A stretch of 32,000 nucleotides of DNA from Alkanindiges illinoisensis DSM 15370 (GCF_000619845.1 NZ_JHUX01000003.1:610064-642063); one strand, 5' to 3'; shown: positions 23,401 to 30,942, counted from the stretch's first letter. Program-made: numbers and translations. The notes: generated by a model from the sequence alone, not told the origin.

Positions 23401-24005
23401 CCGGCATTGTGTATGTCATCCGCCAGCTTGATCCAGAAAGCCTAGATTTTGATGAACACAAGATCATTATTGGCGCGTCTACATTAGAAGAAGCCCAGCA
23501 AATTTATTTGTCTAATTATGAATCGGGCTGGCAGGGGATGGGCAGTATTGAAACGCTATCCATTGAAGATTTTAGGAACAGGCTGGGTAAGACCTGGACG
23601 CAGTTTGATTCGATTGGCCAGCACGTTGAGCCAATCACTGTTCTGAATCAGCTTATTGGCATCTTGCAGGCCAAAAAAATCACTGACCAGCAGCAGTTAA
23701 TGGAACTGCGCGAGGAAATTCGCACCAATGAGCAGACCGCCCGTTATTTGATGGGTGGCCGTAAGGGATTGTGGGGCCGCACAACCAATGCGGACAATAA
23801 ACGCAGTGCTGAATTGTCAAATTTACGCCTGAAATACCAGCTGGCACTGAATCATTTTATTGCCCTGTATTCCATTGACAAGCGGGAAGCCCGTACCTTT
23901 AATTTACGCCATGGCGTCAATTCTTTTGATTCCATCGAAAATGACCAGATACACCCAGTATTTCATGCGATTTATGGGCATGGAAACCACTGGAACAGCG
24001 CATAA
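20421..24005 (+). CDS. Polyvalent protein: unknown N-terminal domain + ParB/DdrB-like domain + helical region + pyrophosphatase-signature domain
   Basis: 1,194 aa. ParB-superfamily motifs are 'ELQPRDRSR' and 'VESGNGRTMAIQLAY' (GxxR box). 'DGDELDV' at 23352-23372 fits the family-I PPase signature D-[SGDN]-D-[PE]-[LIVMF]-D-[LIVMGAC] as I recall it. Three FDS[IV] motifs separate the segments. Confidence 0.7.
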   Translation: MVSKTDKTALNQIDVVANPIAAIDAMIDALKHQQHENYEFLTGEPVASIQSGQIKPDEKGHYIKAAVNWFREWMDKNSHGQEFENVQLGTIIIAPSGIKSAMSHKPHPIDVQALPALPLIIEKAVVLSRTMDDMGKPLENIVVAAPIEIDAKKYYMVVRLRRHTEDKNDRPRFYTQAVTIAEDIKKGHIPSDQVTGQNKLLTQNGGRVRLLNVLYSALSVNNPATSIVTGRTNTVKTPKGTKLDTVFALVEADNVIASHDSTGGTNPKFPQELQPRDRSREASQTWVKKTAANLDPDSLGKTSRADTGAPIVGDDLIVESGNGRTMAIQLAYARGTAEEYRAWLVDEAEYFGFKPEQVEAFKQPVLVRIRKTEIDRAAFAVEANQDDKLSLSATERAKADARRIDDNMAMLFNPSEDGDLLAASNQKFIQAFLQSIGDTEAAQYIGTDGKPTQALVLRIKAAVFSKAYKDDRLLEMVADQTKPDLKNMLNALSVAAPKFIEAQAISRLQTEDLSSQIVDGIESATDQKVIDAIIAAANVVMTAKNDNHDVTEFVKQQGLFGDLPDGVAELAVFLSKNASSAKKMSLLFKAMASFLEKQAIDQSNNSLFGDPEPLSMREVIQHAVGVLEQEYGDKANLSMFDDLGFLEPKLFDQIFKSYARTGEWTPTKYLEQMDALRRIFFANGWGRERRTNGFMIKPCGERKVRLIKYADDDKFFVSIVDLDEKLITEIVGCDNKAIPEIIAEINKYLNEDQQLSLEKSGFDSVDGNDQIAMVPKVDASNTWMNGQIIPWSENPETDFAHSMKLPSSGQLGDKVCFHVWANESKESRVRIDAFIADIKFKTSKVWYGLAMRIADTRFATLIYLPSGTFDILTSHESVDGYDALLTMEEICRHNCLRTDIDKQAHEAATSPYNDLPEPTEAQKISGDYVKGKLSIAGVDIAIENPAGSTRSGVDASGKAWQTTMKHHYGYIENTMGADGDELDVFVKTGLNEYTGIVYVIRQLDPESLDFDEHKIIIGASTLEEAQQIYLSNYESGWQGMGSIETLSIEDFRNRLGKTWTQFDSIGQHVEPITVLNQLIGILQAKKITDQQQLMELREEIRTNEQTARYLMGGRKGLWGRTTNADNKRSAELSNLRLKYQLALNHFIALYSIDKREARTFNLRHGVNSFDSIENDQIHPVFHAIYGHGNHWNSA
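21141..21640 (+). other. ParB-superfamily (DdrB-type) domain within 20421-24005
   Basis: 'FALVEADNVIASHD...FPQELQPRDRSREASQ...GAPIVGDDLIVESGNGRTMAIQLAY...PVLVRIRK...RAAFAVEANQDDKLSLSATERAKADA'. The boundaries are approximate. Confidence 0.55.
23163..23570 (+). other. Inorganic-pyrophosphatase-like domain within 20421-24005
   Basis: 'LPEPTEAQKISGDYVKGKLSIAGVDIAIENPAGSTRSG...HYGYIENTMGADGDELDVFV'. The sequence block resembles one that I recall in phage/ICE polyvalent proteins. The boundaries are approximate. Confidence 0.5.
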
Positions 24006-24067
24006 AAGCACCAATTACCAAGCCTTAACATAGGTCAATCTAAAAAAATACCTATGTTGAGGTCTGC

Positions 24068-27000
24068 ATGTCTGCGGTGGTTAATTTAAGTCAATTTGTG
24101 GTTACACCCTTAACTGTAATGACTGCTATTGATGCAATGATAGCGGTCTTACAGCAAGCGAATGGTCAGCATATCCCGCTGTATCAGTTTAGCGAAAAGA
24201 TAACGCCTGCTGCCCGCCAGCGTGCCAACAATGAGGCAGTTGCATTACTGCGGGCTGTCCAAAATGACGATGTAAAGCAACTTACACCAGAACAAAAACT
24301 CATTTTATCCCGCTATACCGGCACGGGTGGCAACCTGATTGGCGAAGATGGCTTAAAGGGCAGTGCGTACGAGTACTACACACCAATGCCAGTGGCACAA
24401 GCCATGTGGGACCTATTAAAAGAACAGGGCTTTGCTGGTGGGAACGTATTAGACCCCAGCTCAGGCACTGGTATTTTTGCTGGTTGCGCCCCTGCCGATA
24501 TCCTCATGCACAGTGTTGAACTCTCTGATATATCCGGCAATATCAATAAACTGGTCAATGATAGTGATAAGCATGCAACCACAGTGGCCCCGTTTGAACA
24601 GGTCGCGGCCAGCACTGATGATGAAATTTTTGATGCAGTCATTACCAATGTGCCGTTTGGCACCAATGCCGACCGTGGCAAAAACAAGAACCTGGACAAT
24701 AAATATCAGCGTGACACGCTGGAAGAATATTTTATTAAGCGGTCGCTGGATAAATTGCGTCCCAATGGTTTAGCCGCCTTTATCGTTCCTACCAAAATTT
24801 TAGACAACAGCAGCTTTAAAAAGTTTCGTCAGCTGATTTTATTGCGTGCCGATCTAGTCGGCGCTTACCGCCTGCCCAATAAAGTGTTTGACGCCACTGG
24901 AGCAGATGTCACGACCGATATCATTATTCTTAAAAAATTTAACCAGGATGTCAGCGAGAAAATCACCAACCTGTATGAAAACGGTGGACTGCAAACCCTG
25001 CAAGCCGCACGGGTGCTAGATACCGATATTGTGGCCGGGCATTACTTTAAAACCTATGGCAAGTCTTACGTGCTGGGTGAAACCGTCAAGGGCAAAGGCC
25101 GTTTTGGTGAAGTGGAACGGGTAGTTAATGATGATTCATTGGCCAATATCCTAAAACTGGTGAAGCGTTTTCCTGAATCACGTATTGACTATAACTTGCT
25201 GGAAGTTACCCCCGAATTGACCGAAATTACTTTTAATGACGGTGATATTCGCCGTATCGATGGCGCCACATTCCAGATGAAAAACGGCGAGTGGCAACAG
25301 GTGATTGAACGCTTTAACGTGGATGAATCCTTATTTGCAACGCCATACGCTTTATTGTCTGGCAAAGGGGATTATCCAAAGCTGGTTGAATATGTTGCTT
25401 ATTGCGCGGCCAATGCCAAGCGTCCGCCAGAATGGCTATCTATCTTTACACAAGAGGTCGAAAAGAACGCCGCTACATTTGGCTTCTGGTTATGTGTGTT
25501 GTCAGTACTGGATGCCCTAAAAACTGATAATGGCACATTTCCCTATGCAGAGCGCTATTCGGCACTAACCGCGCAAATGGTCGGTTATGCAGATGCCTAC
25601 CTTAAAAAACGCTACAAACCCAAAAATCAGGATTATAAACGCTATCTGCACACCATCAGCATTGCCTTTGATAGCAACATGCCTGATGGTATTTCACGAT
25701 TCTGGCGCGGTGATACCAGTCAACTGGCAGCCGTACAGCCACTGCATACCCAAGCTGCTTATGAAAATGCGGTGTACCGAGGTATTGCAGAAAACTGGCA
25801 AGTCGATGTAGCTGTCATTCAGCAAAGCAATCCTGATTTTGACCCAATGACTGATGACAATTACTGTATCAATCAGGATGGCAGCAAAGTCACGTTAAAG
25901 CGCGACTATTATGTTGGCAACTATCAGCAGTTTTTAACCCGGATTAACAGCCAGATTGACGCAGCAACGGATCCTGTCATTAAGGAAAAACTGATTCGGC
26001 AGAAACTGGCCGCTGATGCCATGATTCAGGCAATCGATGTTTGTAAGCTCAACTATGACCTAATGGCCAGCACCATACCGATTGAAATCAAGTATCGCTA
26101 CTTTTCAGAATTTATTGATGACAAGGTACTGATTGATGCAGACCATCGGCTAGTTTTGGATGAAAAACCGGATTCTGTTATTGATCTGGTCAAATACCGT
26201 TTAAGCGGCAGTAAGGCACTGGAAACCGGCAAGATGGATGAGGGCAATAAGGCGCTGCGCTACTTTATGCTCAACCGGATTTTTAACTCCATCAACAACA
26301 ACCAGCGTCTTTATGTGAAAACTGAGGACAACATCAACAAGGATACCAAAGCCAAGCTGCTTAAAATCCTGACCGATTATTACAATACCTTGAATGTCAG
26401 TTTTGATGCCTGGTTGAAATCCAATGATGAGTTCATGGCCCAGTTGGATCAGCAATTTAATGCCCCTGAAAACAAGGTTTTTCCGGTGCAACTGGATGAT
26501 TCACCATTAACGATTGATGGCTTTAATCCCAAAAGAGAAGGTTTTATAGCATTAAACGGCTACCAGAATGAGGAAATTCGCCGGCTGTCACGCCATTTTG
26601 CGGGTATGTGTGGTTTTGACGTGGGGCTGGGTAAAACCCTAACCGCGCTGGCTGCCATGCAGAATATGCATAATATTGGCATTAAAACCCGTACGTTTGT
26701 AGTGGTTCCCAACCATACCATCAGTAAGTGGTTTAACGATGTCAAAATGGCTTATGACTACGTAGACGATGTGCTGGTGATTGGCAGTAATCAGGGTAAA
26801 CAGGACGCCGTAGACTCCAAGTTTAATGCAGCAGATTTTGCAGCACTGACCAAGCCGGAAGGGAAGCATTATCGAAAAATCCTGATGACCGTGGATGCAT
26901 TCAATATGATTCCGCTGCGTCAGGCGACCATTGAAACCCATTTTTACCAGACTGAAGGTATTGCCACCGACCGCAAGCAGGACCGCGAAAAGCAGGACGG

Positions 27001-30000
27001 TGATTTAAGTAACCGCATCAAGAAAATCAACAAGTATGAAAGCAAGTTGCCCTATTTTGAGGATATGGGCGTTGATTCACTGGTATTTGATGAAGCCCAG
27101 CTATTCAAGAATGGCAAGGCTGGCGGCGGCCAATATGACCGTATCAAAGGCCTGTCATTGCTGGCCGAGAGTGCTTTATCGGCGCGTGCAATCAGCGCGG
27201 CCATTAAATCCTGGTATATCCGTGGCCGTAACGGTGAATTGAATGATGGCGTAGTCTTGCTGACTGCAACGCCATTTACTAACTCGCCGGTTGAGATTCT
27301 AACCATGCTGTCACTGGCAGTCGGTGATAAGGAAGCCATGCGCGAACTGGCGGGTACTTCCATTGCCAGCGTTGATGATTTCTTAAGTACCTTTGCCAAT
27401 ATTGACCAGATTGAGCAGGAAAATATTGTCGGTGATCTGGTATCAGTTGATACTTTTACGGGCTTTAAAAACGTGCAGTTATTGAAGGATGGCATTCACA
27501 AGATTGCTAATATCCAGACCGCCCGGGAGCGTGGCCTTAAAATTCCTGATGAAGAAAATCATACCGTGGTCATTGACCTGGTGGATGACGACAAGGCAAC
27601 CCTAAACCAGATGAAAGGGTTTTATGCACTGGCCAAGGAAATGATTAACGGCGGTGGTGTGATTGCCGATAAAGATACCTTTGAGGCCTATGAAGCCTAT
27701 AAGGAAATGCTTGGTGAAACGGATGAGCTACTGGCTCACCCGTTCAACCTGATTGCCCGCATGTCTGATGTGATCATGGCCGGTAGTGAAATGGGCCTCA
27801 TGCGTATTGTACCCGTTGATTTTGCCCCTGATCAGCTGGAAGCCGCGCGCAAATTGGCTGACCAGTTTAATGCCAAGAAAATCAGCATTAAGACAACCCG
27901 CCGTTTTCCGGGCGTTGATAGCGAACTAATGACAGTCAAAATGATACAGGACAATCAAGGCGAGCTAATGCCACAGTTTACTATAGGCTGCCGTGTTGAT
28001 CTGGATGATCATAATTCGCGGTTAATCCTAAATGTGGATGATGCTGGCGTCGTCGCGCAGCTGATGGAAATGATTGATAAGGCAGGCCTACAGGTCCAGC
28101 CCAAGCTATCAGCTAAAGTTTCTGCCATGGTTGAAAACTATAAGGTTGAGCAGAGTACGCCAAAGCATCAGGGCCATGCCAAACAGCTTATTTTCTGCGA
28201 CAACCTGGCGATGCAGCATGTAATCAAGCGGGCATTGGTTGCTTACTGTGGGGTGAAATCCAGCCAGATTGCCATTATCAATGCGCAAACTCTACCAGAT
28301 GGCAGCAAGGGCAGTCCTGATACAGAGCACATGCAGGAAGTGCAGGACAAGTTTGCCAGCAATGAGTTTACAACCGTCATTGCCAATAAAAAGGCTGAAA
28401 CCGGTATTGATTTGCAGATTGGTACACAGGCCATCCACCACTTAACAACGGGCTGGACACCAGACAGCTTACAGCAGCGTAATGGCCGTGGCGTACGTCA
28501 GGGCAATAAGCAGTCCAGCGTGGCAATTTACCATTACAATGCCAATGGCACCTTTGATGAGTATAAGCAGCGCCTGATTGCTGGCAAGGCTGACTGGATT
28601 GACCAGTTGATGCAAAAGGATTCTGTTGTATCTGGAACCCTGAATGTGAGCCAGGAACTCAGTAAACAGGACTATGAGGACCTGATTAATGCTGATAGCC
28701 CTGAACAAATTGCTGCACTATTGCAGGCAAAATCTATTCGGGAACAGGCCGAGCGTGCTGCACTGGTTGCCTCCAGAACCCGCTTGCTATATGACAACAT
28801 GATCAAGGCCAAGAAACGCCCTAAACCCAGCATTGAAGGGCAAGTACGTCAGATTATGGAGGTCGATGCCAAACGGCTAGGGGAACTGATCAAGAAGCGC
28901 GACAAGGCGGCCAAGCCTGAGGTTATTCAGCGTTACACCGACCAGATCAACCAGATTGCCCAGCGCTATGATGGCTGGTTCGATGGTGAGCTGACCAGTG
29001 ATATGGTGATTAAGGGCATTGAGCGAAAACGGCAATATAACCGTAGCCCAAGTTTTAGTGAATATGATATTTACCGTGAAATGCGGACTGGAAGCCATGA
29101 AATGTCACGCTGGATCCAGACCAATGCCGACACCCTGACCAATGATGTATTTAACCGTGCCCGTAGTGTGGTGAGCACAGCAGATAACATGATTCGTGCC
29201 ACTGAAGAATCATTCTTGAATTATCAGGATAATGGTTTTAGTGAGGCTGATAAACAGGCCATTTTAACCGGAGAGGCCGTTTTAGATGATTTGGGCGTGC
29301 TTTGGTATGCAGGCGAGTACGTTAAGGCCATTAAAGAAAATGGCAAAACCGTTTATGGCTATGTGAAGATTGCTGAACTTAGTGATTATGGCTTTAAATT
29401 TGGTTTTATCGGTAAGGAAATCGGTAGAACTGATACCTGCCAGAAACTAAGCCCGGATGATAAGGCCGCTGCCATTGAATATATGGTGGCCGAGGATATG
29501 GCCGAGTGTAACACCAAAGAAATTTTTGATATCAGTGTTGCTAAGCCATTTTACGCCAGTGTTTTTCCAGAAATTTACACCATTTTGGCGGAACGTCTGG
29601 CCGGTGCGCTTCAAGAATGGAATGAGCGGACTACCCAGTATTTTGCCCGCAATCTGGTGCACCGTGCGACTAAGCGGCGCTATTGGGCTGAAGAGTTTTT
29701 ACCAGAGCTAAGGTATGATAATCCCGATATTGTTAAATCTTATAACCTGGTATTTGATATTGAGGCATTTGAAGTTAATCCGCTCAATCGCAGGCCTATG
29801 GCGGTAATCCGTAATAAGAACCTAAGGCTTTATCAAAACATCCCAATAACCCATGCCTCAGATTCTGAATTTTTTGAAAATGAACTGCTGCCTTATCTGG
29901 AAGGTGAGGCTATAGAAGTAAAAATGGATGTAGACACAGCATTTAATTTATTGAAAAAACTGCTAGGAACATCACGCCTGTTTGATATGGCATTAACCCG

Positions 30001-30484
30001 GGCCGGTTTTACCACGGCTGAATTTCAACAGTTGTATGTTGACGGGATTAGTAAGGCTGATATTCCGCAATATGTTAAAAAAGCAATTGATCAGGAAATT
30101 GGGCACGTCATCAATAACCTTGATGAAGTGGTTGGCTGGTTTATGGTGAGCGAGGGTTATAGACATATCCGGCAACGGATTAAAATCCTGCCCGAACCAG
30201 GTGCACCTGAAGCAGCGGCGGCTGATCTGATGGAGCAGGCCAAGCGGGTAGCGATTAAAAATACCAAGGATGTACCCGTCATTGGCTTAAAATCAGTGGT
30301 GATCGGCAGGGATGGTAATAAGCTGTATGAAAACAAGGAATCATTAAAGGCTACGGTGGACTATGCCTACTGGGCAAAACGTCCAAGTATGTGGATTATT
30401 GACCTGGAATCGTTTGCCAAGCTGATTCAACAGCCGTGGTACGATTCAACCCAGATTGAAATTGTTGAGGCAAAATACAGATGA
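24068..30484 (+). CDS. Giant N6-adenine DNA methyltransferase + SF2 (SNF2/DEAH-like) helicase fusion, P1 DarB-like
   Basis: 2,138 aa; GAGG lies upstream. MTase motif I is VLDPSSGTG (24446-24472) and motif IV is ITNVPFG (24641-24661). The helicase Walker A is GLGKT (26624-26638), with DEAQ (27089-27100), LLTATP (~27257-27274) and motif VI QQRNGRGVRQG (28472-28504). Confidence 0.8.
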   Translation: MSAVVNLSQFVVTPLTVMTAIDAMIAVLQQANGQHIPLYQFSEKITPAARQRANNEAVALLRAVQNDDVKQLTPEQKLILSRYTGTGGNLIGEDGLKGSAYEYYTPMPVAQAMWDLLKEQGFAGGNVLDPSSGTGIFAGCAPADILMHSVELSDISGNINKLVNDSDKHATTVAPFEQVAASTDDEIFDAVITNVPFGTNADRGKNKNLDNKYQRDTLEEYFIKRSLDKLRPNGLAAFIVPTKILDNSSFKKFRQLILLRADLVGAYRLPNKVFDATGADVTTDIIILKKFNQDVSEKITNLYENGGLQTLQAARVLDTDIVAGHYFKTYGKSYVLGETVKGKGRFGEVERVVNDDSLANILKLVKRFPESRIDYNLLEVTPELTEITFNDGDIRRIDGATFQMKNGEWQQVIERFNVDESLFATPYALLSGKGDYPKLVEYVAYCAANAKRPPEWLSIFTQEVEKNAATFGFWLCVLSVLDALKTDNGTFPYAERYSALTAQMVGYADAYLKKRYKPKNQDYKRYLHTISIAFDSNMPDGISRFWRGDTSQLAAVQPLHTQAAYENAVYRGIAENWQVDVAVIQQSNPDFDPMTDDNYCINQDGSKVTLKRDYYVGNYQQFLTRINSQIDAATDPVIKEKLIRQKLAADAMIQAIDVCKLNYDLMASTIPIEIKYRYFSEFIDDKVLIDADHRLVLDEKPDSVIDLVKYRLSGSKALETGKMDEGNKALRYFMLNRIFNSINNNQRLYVKTEDNINKDTKAKLLKILTDYYNTLNVSFDAWLKSNDEFMAQLDQQFNAPENKVFPVQLDDSPLTIDGFNPKREGFIALNGYQNEEIRRLSRHFAGMCGFDVGLGKTLTALAAMQNMHNIGIKTRTFVVVPNHTISKWFNDVKMAYDYVDDVLVIGSNQGKQDAVDSKFNAADFAALTKPEGKHYRKILMTVDAFNMIPLRQATIETHFYQTEGIATDRKQDREKQDGDLSNRIKKINKYESKLPYFEDMGVDSLVFDEAQLFKNGKAGGGQYDRIKGLSLLAESALSARAISAAIKSWYIRGRNGELNDGVVLLTATPFTNSPVEILTMLSLAVGDKEAMRELAGTSIASVDDFLSTFANIDQIEQENIVGDLVSVDTFTGFKNVQLLKDGIHKIANIQTARERGLKIPDEENHTVVIDLVDDDKATLNQMKGFYALAKEMINGGGVIADKDTFEAYEAYKEMLGETDELLAHPFNLIARMSDVIMAGSEMGLMRIVPVDFAPDQLEAARKLADQFNAKKISIKTTRRFPGVDSELMTVKMIQDNQGELMPQFTIGCRVDLDDHNSRLILNVDDAGVVAQLMEMIDKAGLQVQPKLSAKVSAMVENYKVEQSTPKHQGHAKQLIFCDNLAMQHVIKRALVAYCGVKSSQIAIINAQTLPDGSKGSPDTEHMQEVQDKFASNEFTTVIANKKAETGIDLQIGTQAIHHLTTGWTPDSLQQRNGRGVRQGNKQSSVAIYHYNANGTFDEYKQRLIAGKADWIDQLMQKDSVVSGTLNVSQELSKQDYEDLINADSPEQIAALLQAKSIREQAERAALVASRTRLLYDNMIKAKKRPKPSIEGQVRQIMEVDAKRLGELIKKRDKAAKPEVIQRYTDQINQIAQRYDGWFDGELTSDMVIKGIERKRQYNRSPSFSEYDIYREMRTGSHEMSRWIQTNADTLTNDVFNRARSVVSTADNMIRATEESFLNYQDNGFSEADKQAILTGEAVLDDLGVLWYAGEYVKAIKENGKTVYGYVKIAELSDYGFKFGFIGKEIGRTDTCQKLSPDDKAAAIEYMVAEDMAECNTKEIFDISVAKPFYASVFPEIYTILAERLAGALQEWNERTTQYFARNLVHRATKRRYWAEEFLPELRYDNPDIVKSYNLVFDIEAFEVNPLNRRPMAVIRNKNLRLYQNIPITHASDSEFFENELLPYLEGEAIEVKMDVDTAFNLLKKLLGTSRLFDMALTRAGFTTAEFQQLYVDGISKADIPQYVKKAIDQEIGHVINNLDEVVGWFMVSEGYRHIRQRIKILPEPGAPEAAAADLMEQAKRVAIKNTKDVPVIGLKSVVIGRDGNKLYENKESLKATVDYAYWAKRPSMWIIDLESFAKLIQQPWYDSTQIEIVEAKYR
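24305..24940 (+). other. SAM-dependent N6-adenine methyltransferase domain
   Basis: 'YYTPMPVAQAMWDLL...VLDPSSGTGIFA...DAVITNVPFG...NGLAAFIVP'. The order of motif I then motif IV, with the NxPF catalytic variant, is typical of amino-MTases. The boundaries are approximate. Confidence 0.7.
26552..28600 (+). other. SF2 helicase core (two RecA-like lobes separated by a ~280-aa insert)
   Basis: N-lobe ~26552-27337 (GLGKT, DEAQ, TATP). C-lobe ~28181-28600 (KQLIFCDN..., TGIDLQ, QQRNGRGVRQG). Confidence 0.7.
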
Positions 30485-30942
30485 GCCGCATTACCTACCT
30501 AATCCCTGATCGTGCGGCACTGGCTGAGGTGACGGCTGGCATTAAAGCCAGCCTGACCGATAAGGGAATTGAACCAGCCAATATGCCTAAGGTCATTACT
30601 GATACATTTTTTCGTAATGCGGCGCGGCTAAGTGCCCGTGATATTGATTTCTGGCTAGGCTTTGGCGGGTATTTGCCAGCGGTTGAATGGGTTATTGCCC
30701 AGCAAAGCGGGGAAGGCGAAGAAGAGTTTTATGCCCGCACCCAATATCCTAAAAATGTGGTTGAGGCCTACAGTGTACCTGAGGATGATTTAGCAACCCT
30801 TGCAGCTGCTGATCTGTATATGCAGCTTCACCGGGCTACCACACCAGTTGCAACAACAGTCTGGCCATTAAATGAAGAGGAAGGCCAATATATTGACCTT
30901 GCCCAGTTTGAGGCGCGGCTCAATGGAACCGTGCGCCTTTAG
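30481..30942 (+). CDS. Hypothetical protein translationally coupled to the MTase-helicase gene
   Basis: 153 aa, with an ATGA stop/start overlap at 30481-30484. I see no recognisable motif. Confidence 0.6.
   Translation: MSRITYLIPDRAALAEVTAGIKASLTDKGIEPANMPKVITDTFFRNAARLSARDIDFWLGFGGYLPAVEWVIAQQSGEGEEEFYARTQYPKNVVEAYSVPEDDLATLAAADLYMQLHRATTPVATTVWPLNEEEGQYIDLAQFEARLNGTVRL

Noticed and set aside
23991-24033. Possible eighth copy of the promoter-like element upstream of the MTase-helicase gene (TGGAACA)
   Set aside because: The heptamer is a variant, and the sequence at the N24 position (gccttaacatag) matches the box poorly. Box-to-ATG spacing would be 34 nt. It is too weak to count.
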